Shown here: piece by piece, positions 62,521 through 78,241 of the stretch
How the letters are laid out: each line of letters begins with the position of its first letter
How positions within the stretch are numbered: position 1 is the first letter of the stretch
Origin: Octopus vulgaris
Taxonomy: Eukaryota
Assembly (NCBI GenBank): GCA_951406725.2
Contig: OX597826.1
Coordinates: forward strand, 60,036,001 to 60,284,000
DNA: 248,000 nucleotides
Direction: 5' to 3'
Translations under genes and position numbers: made by a program
Notes under the pieces: generated by a model
The model's input: the letters and a program-made list of their open reading frames with translations, nothing else
Told to the model about the DNA's origin: nothing
The model's database searches: none

Positions 62521-64415
62521 CAGAACATACACAAACATACACACACGCATGCACACATACACATATTCACACACATATTGACACATTATACATAAAGAAA
62601 AACACACACACATATATTTAGAGACAAAAACGCACCATACACTTACACGCACGCATATTCACACGCAAACACACAGGAACACATACACACGCATATGTAA
62701 ACTCATATATTTACATGAAGCACGACAAATACAGACAAATATGAGGAAAATATACAATTTCTGAACTCGACAGATGTTTCAGGAAGTTCGTAGTTGCGTA
62801 ACAATTACAATAGTTATAATATGCAAACAAGTCACGAGTATACGACCAGTAACCAGCCATACGGAGTTATTACAATCAGCCCAGCTTTCCTCATCAAGAG
62901 AAGATTGGTGAATGCGCTTCACATTATAGTGGTAAAGATTTAAACTATTGGAACCGGTTATGGTGTGTTTTTTTTTGTTCCTTCTCGAGCCACACCTGAC
63001 TTATTAAGGCCGGTTTCCCGGTTTCCTTGGCGTATAGGTTCCCCACCTGGACTGGACGCCGGTCCGGCGTCGGTGAGCTGCAACAGGCAGGAGGAAAGAG
63101 TGAAAGAAAGTTGTGGTGAACGAGTCAGCAGAAGTTCGCCATTACTTTCTGCCTAAGCCGCGTGGTGCCAAGGTGTTTTCGCTCATAAACACACACATCG
63201 CCCGGTCAGATATTCGAACCCGCGATCTCTCGACCGAGAGTCCGCTGCTCTAACCACTAGGCCATGTGTCTCCTTTCGTGTGTTTACGTCCCTCTAATTT
63301 AGTGGTTGGGAAAAGTAATTGATAGAATAAACGCCAGAATAAAAAAATACAAAAACTATGGTCGATTTGCCCAACTAAACTCTTCGAAACTAGGCCTCAG
63401 CCTGACGGAAGCCCAATGAGAGTATCAAGTGAACAATAAAAGATTAAATTCAGGTATCGATGTAAATATAGATGTATGATGACTATGAATAAACCGAAAC
63501 GTCGACGTCCTTATGAAACCTTGCCTACTAAACTTTAACACATGAAGCAAACATTATGTATGTCTAAGGTGGCGAACTGGCAGCAATATTAGGACGCCAG
63601 GCAAAATGCTCAGCGGCATTTCTTCTTTACTTTCTGGTTTCATATTCCACTGAAGCTGACTTTGCTTTCATCCTTTTGGGCTCCATAAATTAAGAGTCAC
63701 TTTATCACTGGTGTCGTTGTAATCGACTTAACTTTTCTCGAAGTACTGGCCTTGTGCCAAGTTTAAATCCGATAAATATAATAATATATATATAAGCCGG
63801 TGAGCTGCCAGAATCGATACCACACTGGACAAAAAATCTAAACGTCAATTTTGACTTTATACTGTGTGTTCAAATACCACCGGTGTCTTTCATCTTTTCA
63901 GCGTCGATTTAATCGACTTACCCTTTCTTTAAATTGCTGGCAGTTTGCTAAAATTTGGAAACAATATATACGTATATATATACATATATACAGAAACACA
64001 TATATGTACGCATATATATTTGTATGAATCTTAATATATCATGAATATATATATTGCGTAATAATCTTAAACCTCTATTGACGAAATGTTTCCAAATTAA
64101 ACCCTTCGTAATTTGAACTCTTCGTTTTTCAGCTGAAAGACTTACCATCATAATGTCACTTGGGTTCCCATGATAAATAGCAATATGTTCGTTATAATTG
64201 ATTAAGATGCGTTCGGTTCGTAAGTCACCAAGAGACTGTCTAGGTGATAATGCGACGAACCGATATTTTTTTCGAATAGAGATAACTTTTTCAATAACTG
64301 TTATTATCAAATTATAAAGGGATTAGTAATAGCTTCAGATTTCTGAAATATGCACTGATATACATATACATATATACATACATATGTGTCTGTGTATACA
64401 TATATATGTATATAC

Positions 64416-64506
<91 letters not shown>

Positions 64507-64602
64507 ACTATATATACATACACATAAAGAGATGGCTATGTTCATACAAATATATACATATGTATATGTATATATATATATATATATATTTATATATGTG
64601 TA

Positions 64603-64640
<38 letters not shown>

Positions 64641-64802
64641 TACACATATCCGTGTGTATGTGTGTGTCTGTTTGTATAAGTATATAAATTATGACATACA
64701 AATCTTCTCTTTTCCCTATTAGTATTTTATTATTCCCATTACTATAAATGTTACTACTATCACAAGTATTATTATTATTATTACTATCATTATTATTATT
64801 AC

Positions 64803-64843
<41 letters not shown>

Positions 64844-65226
64844 CCCTTATTATCATTATTATTATTGTTATTATTATTTAGACTGCAACTATTGTTAGTA
64901 AGATTTATTGAGCATAATGATCCAACATTTCCGTTTATTGCGCTGTAACGTGTTCCCTGCAATCAAATATGACATATATATCGATAGCCAGTCACGCACC
65001 TACCTGCACACGCACAGAAAATACACGAAACTATAGATATATGAGTATATCATGTGCGAGAGATAGTGAGAACAACGACGACAGAGAGAGATTCAGGTGT
65101 ACATTTGATGTATGAACTTAAAGAAATGATTAGGCACGGCTTCTATTACCATACTGATAACAGACACACACACACACGCACATTTATATGTGTGTATGTA
65201 CGTGTATGAATGCCCACAGAGAAACA

Positions 65227-65289
<63 letters not shown>

Positions 65290-65877
65290 GTGTGTGTGTA
65301 TTTATAACCACACGCACAGTCTCATACCTCTTTCAAATAAATATATATATTTATGTAGACACACATATATAGGCACACATTCTCCTGTGTATGAGCCTAT
65401 GTGTGTGTGTATACATATAAGTGAGATTTCCTTATCTTCAGTCGATCATAATAAATCATTTATCGATAACACAACCCATAAAGTGGTCTAAAATTAATTG
65501 ATCATCATTATTACTCTACATACAATGTCCTCCATTTCCTCCCCACTTCTATCGACTGTCTCTACAGCTGTCTAACAAAGAGATCTACGGAAGCCATACT
65601 TCATGGTTTAACACAGTGTAATATATATTTTTATCGCCATTACGAAGATATCATTAGCAGGAGATATTATATAGAAGTAAACGAACGAATAGCCAATTAA
65701 CTAATTTTACCTCCTCTCCTTTACTCACCCTAATTTTCACTTCATTTTTTACTGATGTGAATCTTTTCCTATTTGTCTATCTCTTTTTCATTTTTAATGT
65801 TTTCATTCTAAAATGTTCTATCTAAAAAGACACACAAACATACAAGCATACATACATACGCATATACATACGCATAT

Positions 65878-65931
<54 letters not shown>

Positions 65932-68235
65932 CAATTACATTAAATAAAATTCATCTAATGCTTTCTAATATACGCTGGGTATCAATAAGGCCTACGAGAG
66001 ACCGTGTAATATGTCAAGTGTGTACGCTACATTTTCCTGTGTATGTATGTATGTATTTATTCATGCATGAACGATGCATGTATGTGAATATGTATGTACA
66101 TTTATATTCAAGTTCTAAATTGTCTCAGTCTTGTCTCTCAATATCTGGTGATGTAGACATGTCCTTCCCTTACAGAATTTAAGCCCCGTAAATCTAAGTC
66201 AATATCATATTAAGTACGTGAAAATCACACCAAATGAGTTGAGTGTGACTTTCTATCGTCTGTTCTATTCTCTTAATTCTCTATCTCTGGTAGAACACGA
66301 GCCTCAAAAGACATATAAGCGGTCGAAAATGGTGAGACACACACTTCTGTACTCGTTGAAATCTAGATTCTTCCAGGAATCTTTATTTGACATGTTATAT
66401 CGAGAAAATGGAATATATAATCAAATGCATGCGCTGGAATACCTATTTCGTGGCGAATCTGGGCTTTAGCATATCCGTAATTCGGATTCTTATCAAGAGA
66501 ATTTCGTGAATAAAGTTCCTTGAGAAAAGTGAATCCGATATGATGAACATCATCTTTGAAAATGAAAGATAATATTTCACTATCGTTCTAATCCTTTTCC
66601 AAAAACTCTAATCTGTAAAAGTAATCACTTCAAACTATCACATAATGCATAAATTATCTCTAACAATTCAAAGAACATATACGAAACACAGAGCATAAAT
66701 GAAGCACAACATGTCATCGGTGAAGCGGCTAACTAGCAGTACGTTTCTGTACATGGAGGCGCACCATTCGCAGAAGTCTGATTTAGTCGTACTGTCTATG
66801 TAAACAACTGAACTAATATAACTAAGAGCTTTCTATCCTTAAGTAAAATCCATTTCCCAGGAATACATACATATCTTAAACACTTTACTTCTCGTTAAGT
66901 CGAGTATAGCTACTCAATGTTCCAATTTTCCACTGTAAAATATGTATAAACACGCACCACCCATTTTCACTCTCCCATGCTTAAGTATGTGAAAACATTA
67001 TACCCATTGCTCATCGTGAGGAAATTATTCCTCCAATCCTGTGATGTATAGAGACACGCTCACACCATTGAGTGTTATCCAGTGACACTACACTTATTTA
67101 TGTATGTAGTATGTAAGTACGTATGTATGTATGTATGTATGTTGCATCGAGAAAAAAATAGCTTCTTTGGTTACTCAGTTATATCATGAGTGTTCATCAT
67201 TCAGTATAAATATTCCACATACTGAATGTCGCATATGAAGAGCTGTCGGCTTTTAATATATAAATCGGTGCAAGTTAAGTTAACAAATCTGTAACTTTAA
67301 CACACCATGATTTTGGAAAAGAAATTTCTTTCAAAAAAAAGTTGGCCGAACTATTAGCGAAACTGCACAAACTTCCTAAATATCTTATAAAATAAGAAGT
67401 AATCTCATAATCTGGAATGGTTAAAATCATATAGCTTAAGAACACGACTCATATAGTGTTTAGAAATGAAAATTATATAATAGATAAATGAGATCAGTTG
67501 AAAAGTGTGCTAAATAAGAAGAAAAAACTCATTAATTATTGTTCTTATTGATAAGCTAACTAATACAAGAAATGATGATTTCAATACAATGGAAGACAGG
67601 ACCGAAATATCTCCTTAACAATACTTTAATATTTCTTATATTGCCTGGAGCATCGCCTCGTCCATAAGATGATTAACGTCTAATAACTAATGAAATAGAT
67701 TCATCTTTTGTTTAGAAATGAAGATTTTGAAATTGAAATCCATTCTGAGACAATTCAAATAATCAGGAAGAGATGATATGAAAGATGATCGCAGATCGAA
67801 CCGATCAAGATGCTGTTTAAAAAGCAATACAAATGATGAGGTTAATAGAGGGGAAATATTTAATAATTGCTCTATCTTATAACAGACGTTCAGACATATA
67901 GATGACCTATATATGCTATATTTATAGTAATTCTTTGAAATATTCAGAAGACATTATCAGTTAATTATCAATTCTCACCTGGCTGTCTATTAAAATTGGT
68001 TTCTAATTTTCGCGTGATATTTTAGTAACGTTCCATTCAAATTGGTAGCACTTTCATAAATTATTTAACACAGAAAGAGAAAAAGGAGGGAGCAGAAGAA
68101 AGTCCAGGGAAGATAAATGTCTGTGTATGTATGTATATGTATATGTGTCTGTGGGTGTGTGTACATCACTTCAAACACTCTATAAATATATATATGTTAT
68201 ATGTTATATTATATATACATATATACATAAATACA

Positions 68236-68304
<69 letters not shown>

Positions 68305-68349
68305 GTGTATCTATCTATCTATTTATTTATATATTCACTTATCTATTTG

Positions 68350-68403
<54 letters not shown>

Positions 68404-68560
68404 TCGATTAGACGTTGTGTTAACCTAGTGAAAGGATGGTTTCATACAAGGAGATGCTGGTTCAATACCTAGTATTTTAGGGGAATCAATTTCCTTAAAA
68501 TAATATATAAAACATATAGTTTATATTTATATACAAAAAGAAAAAGAAAATGGAGATTGA

Positions 68561-68851
68561 GAATTGTTGTATACTGTCAATCTAACATGAACGTGACAGT
68601 AGGGGGGGGTACACCACCGCTGTTTAGTCCTAGGAAACATCGACGCCTCCTGATGGCTTTGACACATTTTTCCTGTGTCCTTATATACATTTACGAAGGT
68701 GAGACAAACACCCGTAAATGTCAATGTATATAAGGACACAGGAAAAATGTGTCAAAGCCGTCAGGAGGCGTCGATGCTTCCTAGGGCTAAACAGCGGTGG
68801 TGTACCCCCATACTGTCACGTTCATGTTACATTGACAGTATACAACCATTC
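68561..68851. repeat. Near-perfect long palindrome (about 125-bp arms), MITE-like fold-back
   Basis: Arms gaattgttgtatactgtcaa...tatatacatt and its reverse complement differ at only a few positions; about 30-nt spacer, itself partly self-complementary. Confidence 0.9.
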
Positions 68852-69104
68852 TATCGCCCCACCACCGTACGTTTATTATCAACAGCAAATTAACCATCAT
68901 CCCTTACAGCTGTTTCATTTAAATTCAATTAATACTCAATAAATAAACATTAAAATAATATGGCCTGAGCATAATATTTTTAGAGGTAAAAATAACATAC
69001 CTTTGGATGTTTTATATGTATTTATGGATTCATTATAGTAGACTGTATGATTAAGCTAATGTTGATAAATTTGCTGTTAATATTAAACAGCAGGAGGCGC
69101 AGGA

Positions 69105-69285
69105 GTGGCTCATAGGCGCATGAGTGGCTGTGTGGTAAGTAGCTTGTTAACCAACCACATGGTTCCGGGTTCAGTCCCACTGCATGGCATCTTGGGCAAG
69201 TGTCTTCTGCTATAGCCCCGGGCCGACCAATACCTTGTGAGTGGATTTGGTAGACGGAAACTGAAAGAAATCTGTCATACATATG

Positions 69286-69320
<35 letters not shown>

Positions 69321-69505
69321 ATGTGTCTGTGTTTGTCCCCCTAGCATTGCTTGACAACCGATGCTGGTGTGTTTATGTCCCCGTCACTTAGCGGTTCGGG
69401 CTTACAAAGAATAAGTCCCGGGGTCGATTTGCTCGACTAAAGGCGGTGCTCCAGCATGGCCGCAGTCAAATGACTGAAACAAGTAAAAGAGTAAAATAGT
69501 AAAAG
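69105..69505 (+). mobile_element. SINE family B copy
   Basis: Near-consensus head, linker and tail, with a small internal deletion. Confidence 0.88.
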
Positions 69506-71897
69506 AGTAACCCTTCTATCCATGGATCTGTTTAGGTAGTTGTTGCTAGTGAGCTGTTTACTAGGCTCGAATGAAAATCTCACTTCAACCTATTTTAGTC
69601 GCCTTTTCCCACACACAGAGGACACGTTATAGAGGGAACGTTGGGTCCATTCTTTGGCATGCCGGTCTACCAAAAAACACAAATGAAACAATATTAAATT
69701 AAAATCGCCAACAGTTTATTATACAAGATATGTATACATTACCCAATCTCCATTTTCTTCTTCTTTTATATATATATACACACAGTGGAGTGGTAGTGTT
69801 ATCTTGAAGCATTGTCTCATATATATATAAGCACTCTTAATTATATTTCTTACTGTAGCTTCAATGAAAACATAGATGTCTTCGGTGTGGCATTTCTGTA
69901 GTTTTTTTTTTTTTTCTGCCGGAGGATCCTTAGCATAGAAGCTTTCTTTAGTGAATATCTGTTATTATCTAATAGCACTTCCGATGTAGAATTCGTGTCA
70001 TTTGTTACAAGTGATTTTAGATACACACTTCGATCATTGATATATATCTGCAATTTTCATCGGGCAGTTGGGCAGTGTACACATGGCGTTTCTGTTGTCT
70101 TGTTTTGTTTTTAGATAGGATTCTCTACAGAGAAAATCCCGTGTTTTCCAGTCGTACTTTCAATCTCTCTCAATGAAAAGCACGGCCGATTGCAGCAGTG
70201 GACTTTTTTCATTAACATGCGGCATTTTAATGATAAGTGTTACCCGTTGACTTATGAATTCTCTTACTCTGTCTGATGATGCCCTGGCATTTAGTGATAG
70301 AATATGAGTAGCTCCTCAGGATCTTCATAAATTTTTAGGTTGCCTGTATTTTTGCTTCCTGCCTCACAATATTTACAGTGTATCCTACAAATCTACTTTC
70401 TAAAGCAGCCAATATTCGCTTTGGTGTGATGTTACGTAAAAAATGTAATTATATATATACATATATCAACATCATCATTAAGTGTCTTAAATCCGTGTTT
70501 TGACCCCGTTAACGGGAGTGGCTGGATCTACCTCAATTGCCATAGCAACCGATGTAGGCAGGCACATCCTCTCTCCACCTTTGGGATGTCTGGTTCCCAT
70601 TCTCTTTTACTATCATGAGGCTTTTTAGAGCTGGATTTTCTATGGGGAACATCCTTTTGCTTACACCCAACCTCAGTTTCTAGACATGAGCGATCCCGAG
70701 ACCAAGGTTCTACCACGATCTTTACTCCCCGTAAACCTTTTCGGAGACTGCCCCTATATTATATATTTATATGTAAGGTATATGTTAGAGGTGTTAAGCC
70801 CTCTAAGGGATAGAAATATCCCTAATTTACGGCTTCCTCTGCGAAGATACGAACTACCCACAACCTATGTTAGTGACATATAGGTCCTATTAACCACGCC
70901 GGATATCTCTAATTAGGGATAACTCCCTCAGATTACACCGGTGGTCAACTAGCTGATCAAGCAGACACGTGGAAGTCATTGATGTGAAACAGGCAGGTTT
71001 TTGTATTTTGGCGTGACGTCAGCATGCACAATATCATTTGGGAAATACTGTTTGAATAATTTTTGCGGCGCTGTAGTAATTAAAATTAGGATTTTTTGAA
71101 ACGATCTCACGAATCAGAGCCTATCTTGTGGTCTGTTTTTGTGATTTATCTCTGGAGTGCTTCAATTCATATAAGTTATTTCGTGTAATGAGCCCAAGCT
71201 GAAGTAGAGAATAGAAGGATAATGCCAGGAGCGTTTCAAGACCGAAAACCTATAAGGATCCTGGAACTCGCCATACGTACAAGGCCAACATTTCTGAAAT
71301 TGTCAACGATATTATGGTGAGACATAGTTAATTAATTCCTGCGTTACTTATTCATCTTGATTAAAGTGCTCTCATTAATTATTTCAGAACTAATAAATTA
71401 TTAGCTTTAATTAAGGGGACTCTAGCTTATTATAATTCATGACATATAATGCAACGATTTGCGTCTAACTTCTATAACTATCTCTGTACTCCTCCAAACA
71501 CTCACGATACGTAGTCACAACAATATTAGTGATGATAACTATTAGAATAAGAAACGAGACAGAACTTAATGTAGCGATAACAATAACAGTTTAGCAAAAG
71601 GCAAGCAAGAAATTTCAGTTGAGTGTTTTAGTTTATTATTTCGTCTCCAGTGTTCAACTGATACTTATTTTATCCATTTTATGAAAGGATGAAAGGCAAA
71701 CAATGTAATCACATATTTACGAAAAAACTAAAATGATATATAGGCGCAGTAGTGGCTCAGTGGTAAGCTTGCTTCCTAAGGGAATACTTCCGGAGCCAAT
71801 CCCATTGCGTAGCACTTTGGGCAAGTGTTCCTACTATAAACTCAGGCCGACCAAATCCTTGTGAATTGATTTGGTAGACGGAAAGTGAAAGACGCCG

Positions 71898-71972
<75 letters not shown>

Positions 71973-72319
71973 GAAAATAGAGATAAATTAGAGATAGAGA
72001 TAAATTAATAATTATTCATTGATTACAAAATTTGATACCACATATATATGTATATACGTGTGTGTGTGAGAGAGAGAGAGTGTTTGTGTCCGTGTATGTC
72101 GCCCCAACTGATGTTGGTGTGTTTACGACAACCGATGTCGGTGTGTTTACGTCACCGTAACTTACCAGTTCGGCAAAAGCGCCGTAGAATAAGTATTAGG
72201 CTTATAAAGAATAAGTCCTGGGGCCAATTTGATGAACTAAAGTTAGTGTTCCAGGATGGCCGCAGTCATTTGACTGAAAGAAGTAAAAATTATAAGAATG
72301 ATAATGATGATAATAATAT

Positions 72320-73100
72320 TAACAATGATAGCGGTTACAATAAGTCACGATTAAAAGAAATAGCAAATGAAATAACAAAGATAGTTAAACTCACGCATTC
72401 TTTCAACAAGCACAATACAACATGTGACAGAATTTCTTTAGTAGTTAACGGGTACCGAAATTTCGCTGGCATTTCAAAAGTGTTGTATGAAAGTTACCAG
72501 CATGTGGCGGAAAAATATTCTCCTTTCAAACAGATATTTTCACAGCCGCCTATTGTATCCTTTAGACGGAATAAGAATATAAGAGAATTATTGACCACTT
72601 TTTCGAACTCCAAGAAAACAAACGTTGGAGTACCTGCACGCTTCACCGTGAAAAACAGTCTCAAGATATGTAAGTTCATTGAGCAATAACATGAGTGAAG
72701 TGAATTCCATCAGGTATCATATCAGAAATATTCTGATTTATACAGATGGTGGAAACATGTAGAGATTCCCATTTGATGTACGCAGCAGAATGCACCAAAA
72801 ACAACATGATTTATGTTGATTGTACAACAGAACAATTAAACAAAAAAATTAGTGGGCACAGATATGACGTCAGGCATAATAACAGTAGTTTGACATAACT
72901 TGCTGAATACTTTGCTTCAAGCGGCTGCAATTTTGAAAAAAACTTGAAAGTGTATATTCTCAGAAAATATTCCGAATCTGTTTCACTTTCACTTCTCAAA
73001 ATGCATGAGGAGAAATATATTTACGACTTATTAACATCATGCCTTGAAGGACCGAATAAAATAACAGGAAAATATAATCGAATTTACACAAAACTGTTTT
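72320..73100 (+). mobile_element. Penelope-like element ORF fragment (RT thumb/linker to GIY-YIG endonuclease)
   Basis: KQIFSQPPIVSFRRNKNIRELL (PLE linker motif), followed by frameshifted GIY-YIG-like segments (VGT...GHRYD..., EEKYIYDL). Confidence 0.8.
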
Positions 73101-73389
73101 ATTAAATATTCTTTTTCATTTTCCTTTCCTTTTTTCTTTACTCTTCTTTTTTTTGCCTTTTTGTTTCCGTCTGTTATAAAATTGAAACTTAAAGACGGAT
73201 GGTGTCATTCCATCAACGTGAGGACGCTGCTTGCTCTCATTCACAGTTTAGATTTGAATTTCTATAATTTTGAATTTTTTTCACTTTTTATTTTGAACTC
73301 GACAAAGACAGGCTTGCTGTTGAAATATCGTTCAACCAATAAAATATCTATTGCAATCGCATCGCACGCTTCGTCTTGTCTGTTATTTC

Positions 73390-73473
<84 letters not shown>

Positions 73474-73508
73474 CATTATTATTAATATCATTATTATTAT
73501 TATTATTA

Positions 73509-73602
<94 letters not shown>

Positions 73603-74394
73603 CTGTACCATTCACAACATTGCCAGTATGATTGTTATTACTATCACCAATATCATTATTTTCCCTGTTATAATTCGTAAATTGATTGGTTGTTATAAAG
73701 CTTTTATTAATACTAAGATCGCCTTAATATTAGGCTAGCATAGCTAATTTCACTATCTAATTCACGGTTTCTATTAACTTGAGATTTTCCCTTATTGCTA
73801 ACCGATCTTTCTGTTATCCATAAAGCTCTTTTTACTATTCCAATTAGAATATCCCTCATTATTTTTACTTTATTATTATGGTGATCGCTATTATTCTTTA
73901 TCCCTTTCAATCACTTTTGCATCTTTATCGCTATTTTTAATCTCACCATTACGAACATAATGAATTTTCTCCTCATAAGCTTCTTCAGCTAAAGCTAAAT
74001 TACAGTATTTCTTGTTTCGCTTAAATATTCTTTCATTTACTTAAAGTTTACGGATTCTAAGGAGGGACCTTCTAGGCATAAAATTTATATGTAATTTTCG
74101 AAGAGTGGATATTCGTCTCACATTTATGGGGCTCCCATTTCATTTGTGGTACGCAGTATCAAACCACAGACTAACGTACAAAGTAACATTCAGAAAGTTT
74201 ACTTTATTATACTCATTCTCCATGGAGATGAATAGACATGAGCTCTTACAAAACATTTTTCTTATATGTTTCTAAGATGAGCTTATTATAACTATTATAA
74301 CTATGAATAGTTAACAAAGCCTCGTCCCTACATAACCTCCCATGCAAATGCAGGAAATTCCCTATTTAAACATTGTCATATATATATGTATATA

Positions 74395-74455
<61 letters not shown>

Positions 74456-74787
74456 CAATGTTTCGTAACTTAAAAACATGTATATAATTTACAGTATTCT
74501 ATTTAATGTTAAATAAAACAATTCAATGTCTGAGTTAATGCAAAATGCAAAACAATGTTTCAAAATAATATAGAAATTGAGCTACGTCCTCAGCTGAAAG
74601 AAAGTCTTTCGAATTGCTTAGTAATATATCACCAAACTAAATCGATGTCATTTATGACTTTATACACACCATATCGATTTCTCATATAATTTACTATATA
74701 TTCCATATATTTTGTAGAAGGATGCATTAAGGAATTTATTTATGAGTACTACTGAATTACCTGAATCCATGTAATGTGATGTAAATA

Positions 74788-74841
<54 letters not shown>

Positions 74842-74856
74842 ACACACAGACACACA

Positions 74857-74888
<32 letters not shown>

Positions 74889-75175
74889 TAACATGGGATC
74901 ATTATAAACGGCAGATTTTAGCCATTTCTCCGCAGATTGAAAAAAATCTGATGAACAACCTTAATCGATTTTCGAACATTATTGAGTTCTCATCAGAGAC
75001 GTCTACATTATTCTGACAGTTTCCAGAGACACAAACAGTCAATCTCTTTCTATACTCAACATATGCAGCAGTTACTCAGTTACTCTATGGAGGAGTAACT
75101 AACTTGATACTGATCTTAGTCCATACAGTATCAAGGTACATAAATATGTAACACACACACACACACACATATATA

Positions 75176-75239
<64 letters not shown>

Positions 75240-75363
75240 CATATACATGTACGCTACTAAGGTAGTTGTTTGTGAAGTTTTGCCGGACCACTATAGTGAT
75301 TTTAAAGTTGGTCTGCAATATCTGTATAATTATTTCCTCTCAATTTTTCTTCTCCTTTCTGCA

Positions 75364-75395
<32 letters not shown>

Positions 75396-75748
75396 AATAT
75401 ATGCATATATATTAACAGCTACATACGTATACACAATAACTCTCACATAATAGTATGTTCGATGATATTCATATGTGTGCCTCTGTGTAAACGTGTACAA
75501 GTTCTATGTTCTTTGTCCAAATTTAAATTAAATGCGTCTTAAGACCACATATTAAGACCACTTTTGAGAATTCACTCCCGCAGACTTCATACATTTCTTC
75601 ATATACTTATTTCCGAAAGTGTTTGAACATGATTACTTATACACTCAAGTACAAAACAAATGTACATCTACATTTATATCTATAGATATATCTATAGACT
75701 TAGGTCTCTATCACTTTGTCTCTCTCTTTCTCTCTCTACACACACATA

Positions 75749-75790
<42 letters not shown>

Positions 75791-76004
75791 CATGTGTATA
75801 CATATGTGTGTGTGTGAGTGTGTGTATGTGTATGTGTGTGGGGGGGTCAAAATAAGCAACAGGATATCAAGTAGTGATGCAGTGCTGATTTTATTCAACT
75901 TACTTCAAACTCAGCGGATAATACCGGACTCACTTGTTGCTTCAATGTAAGTACCTAATTCAACTGAATCTCAATTATTTCTTATATATCTATATGTGTG
76001 TGTG

Positions 76005-76036
<32 letters not shown>

Positions 76037-76454
76037 TGTATGTATATATGCATGAATATATATTTATATATATATATCCATATGTATATAGTTTAAATTT
76101 ATAGAAATCGAAAGAGTAACACAGGTGTGGAATCAACAAAGATGTGTATTAGTTTAACGCTCGGGAAGAATGGAGAAGTCTTTTGCGTCTCGAGCCTGCG
76201 CTCTTCAACAAAAAGGAGCCAGAAGAAAAAACGGAGAGGTAATCTATATATATACTTGGTCATCCCATAAATAATGCTGTTTTTTCAACTGAATGGACTA
76301 GAAATCGAAGGAAAACAGGATAAACTACCTGCATCAACTTGCTGTAAAAGCAGGTAGTAATTTTACCTTGTGATTATTCTTAGTGCAAGTTTCAAAGAGT
76401 GCAGTTCGATTTTAGCAGTTATATTTTCAAAGTCATAATGGAAATGACAAGGGT

Positions 76455-76745
76455 GCATATTCGGCATACTTTGCTTTATGAGTTCAATAAAGACAACGAT
76501 GCATCAGAAAGTGAAAGGAATAACAATGCAGTATATGGGGACTGGACCATAAGCGTAAGCCAGTGTCAACGGTAGTTCTACAAATTCCGAGTCGGAAACT
76601 ACAGCCTAGTAGACGAGCACCGTGATTCAGAGGTCGATGAGAACGTCCTGCAAACCCTGGTGGAACAAAATCCCATCGTAACTGTTCAGGAACTAGTAAA
76701 GAAGCTTGGATTTGGTCATTCAACCATTCATTGACACCAGCACTA
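76455..76745 (+). mobile_element. mariner transposase N-terminal HTH remnant
   Basis: Translates HIRHTLLYEFNK...VYGDWTISVSQCQR*FYKFRVGNYSLVDE...LVEQNPIVTVQELVKKLGFGHSTIH, matching the Mos1/SETMAR-type HTH region. Confidence 0.8.
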
Positions 76746-77738
76746 TAAGAAAAGCAACTGTTGTTTTTTTGTTGTTTTTTTTTGGTGAATTCTTCCGATA
76801 TATATATATAGGGAGAGAATTCAGAAAACAAAAGCAAAAGACGAAGAGAGGTAGTGTAGACAACAGACAGATACATTAGTATAACACTCGGGAAGTGGAA
76901 AAGTATTTAATGTTTCGAGCCTACGCTCTTCCACAGAGAAGAGCTCAGAAAGAAACAAGGAGAGAAAATAAAGAATGAGTAGTGACTAGCGATCTATCAT
77001 GGCGAAACCCGGACAGAAGTGTCACACAGGAGACCTAGGGGAAGGGGTGATAAAAAAGGGGATGGTGATCCCAAAATGAAGGTGCGCGTGCGATTGTATA
77101 AGAGAGTTTGTATGTGCGTAATGAAGAGGGCTGGTGTTCTTGACTTGTTCGTGTGTGTATGATATATATATATATATATATATGTATAATTTTCCTCTTT
77201 TTTGCCTTCTCTTTCTAGTACGAAAAAAAGTCTGAAAGAGAGAGTGGCGAAAGAACGTAAAAAGCTCTTTCTTTACATAAAAATCTTTAAAAAATAATTT
77301 ACCCCAGGAATTTGAAATCTAATAATAAGGTCTCCATATGTATTAAACGAATTTGTAATTTTATCATGTTTTATTTATTTTAATCTACATATTATTTTAC
77401 CCTTGTCACGTTGAACATCATTCTAGATAGAGTGTTTAGCAACGCATTTGTTGTTCTGTTTTGCTGTGTAATAACTACGAAATAATATCTTTACTGAAAT
77501 ACATTGGCGTTCTTTTTGTATGTATTTATATATAAAAAATCATACGCATTTTCATATCATTCTCTATATTTATTTGTAAGGTTTTGTGTACAATCATTTC
77601 CAAGAAAGTGCTTTTAGGCGTATGTTCGTTCCACATTTCATATATGAGTAATTATTTTTCACAATCAATTAACGTATGGCTAATATAAATAATATTATTA
77701 ATATTAAATTAATATTAATAATATTAATATATATATAT

Positions 77739-77804
<66 letters not shown>

Positions 77805-78177
77805 TGAAAAAAGAAAAACATTCCATCATTTCATCCTGCAAGGTTGATTGGAGTTTCTAGTTTTGGTTAAAATGAATGTAATTATGTTCGATGTAATGCT
77901 AACTTAGCAGATTTTTTGCTGTCAGTGAGCCATAAATTTCTGTATTTCAGAGGCAAATATATTTACACGTAGATGCATTATCACAAGTTTATGGATAAAT
78001 ACCGATATTAAACATACATTATACTCTCACCCGTAAGCACAAACACACACGCACGCGCGCATACACGCAGAGGCGCACGCACTCACACACACTTCTAAGA
78101 CCATATATAGAAATTGCCATGCACAGTTAAATGTGTGTGCGTGTATATATATATGTATGTATATATATATATATATT

Positions 78178-78241
<64 letters not shown>

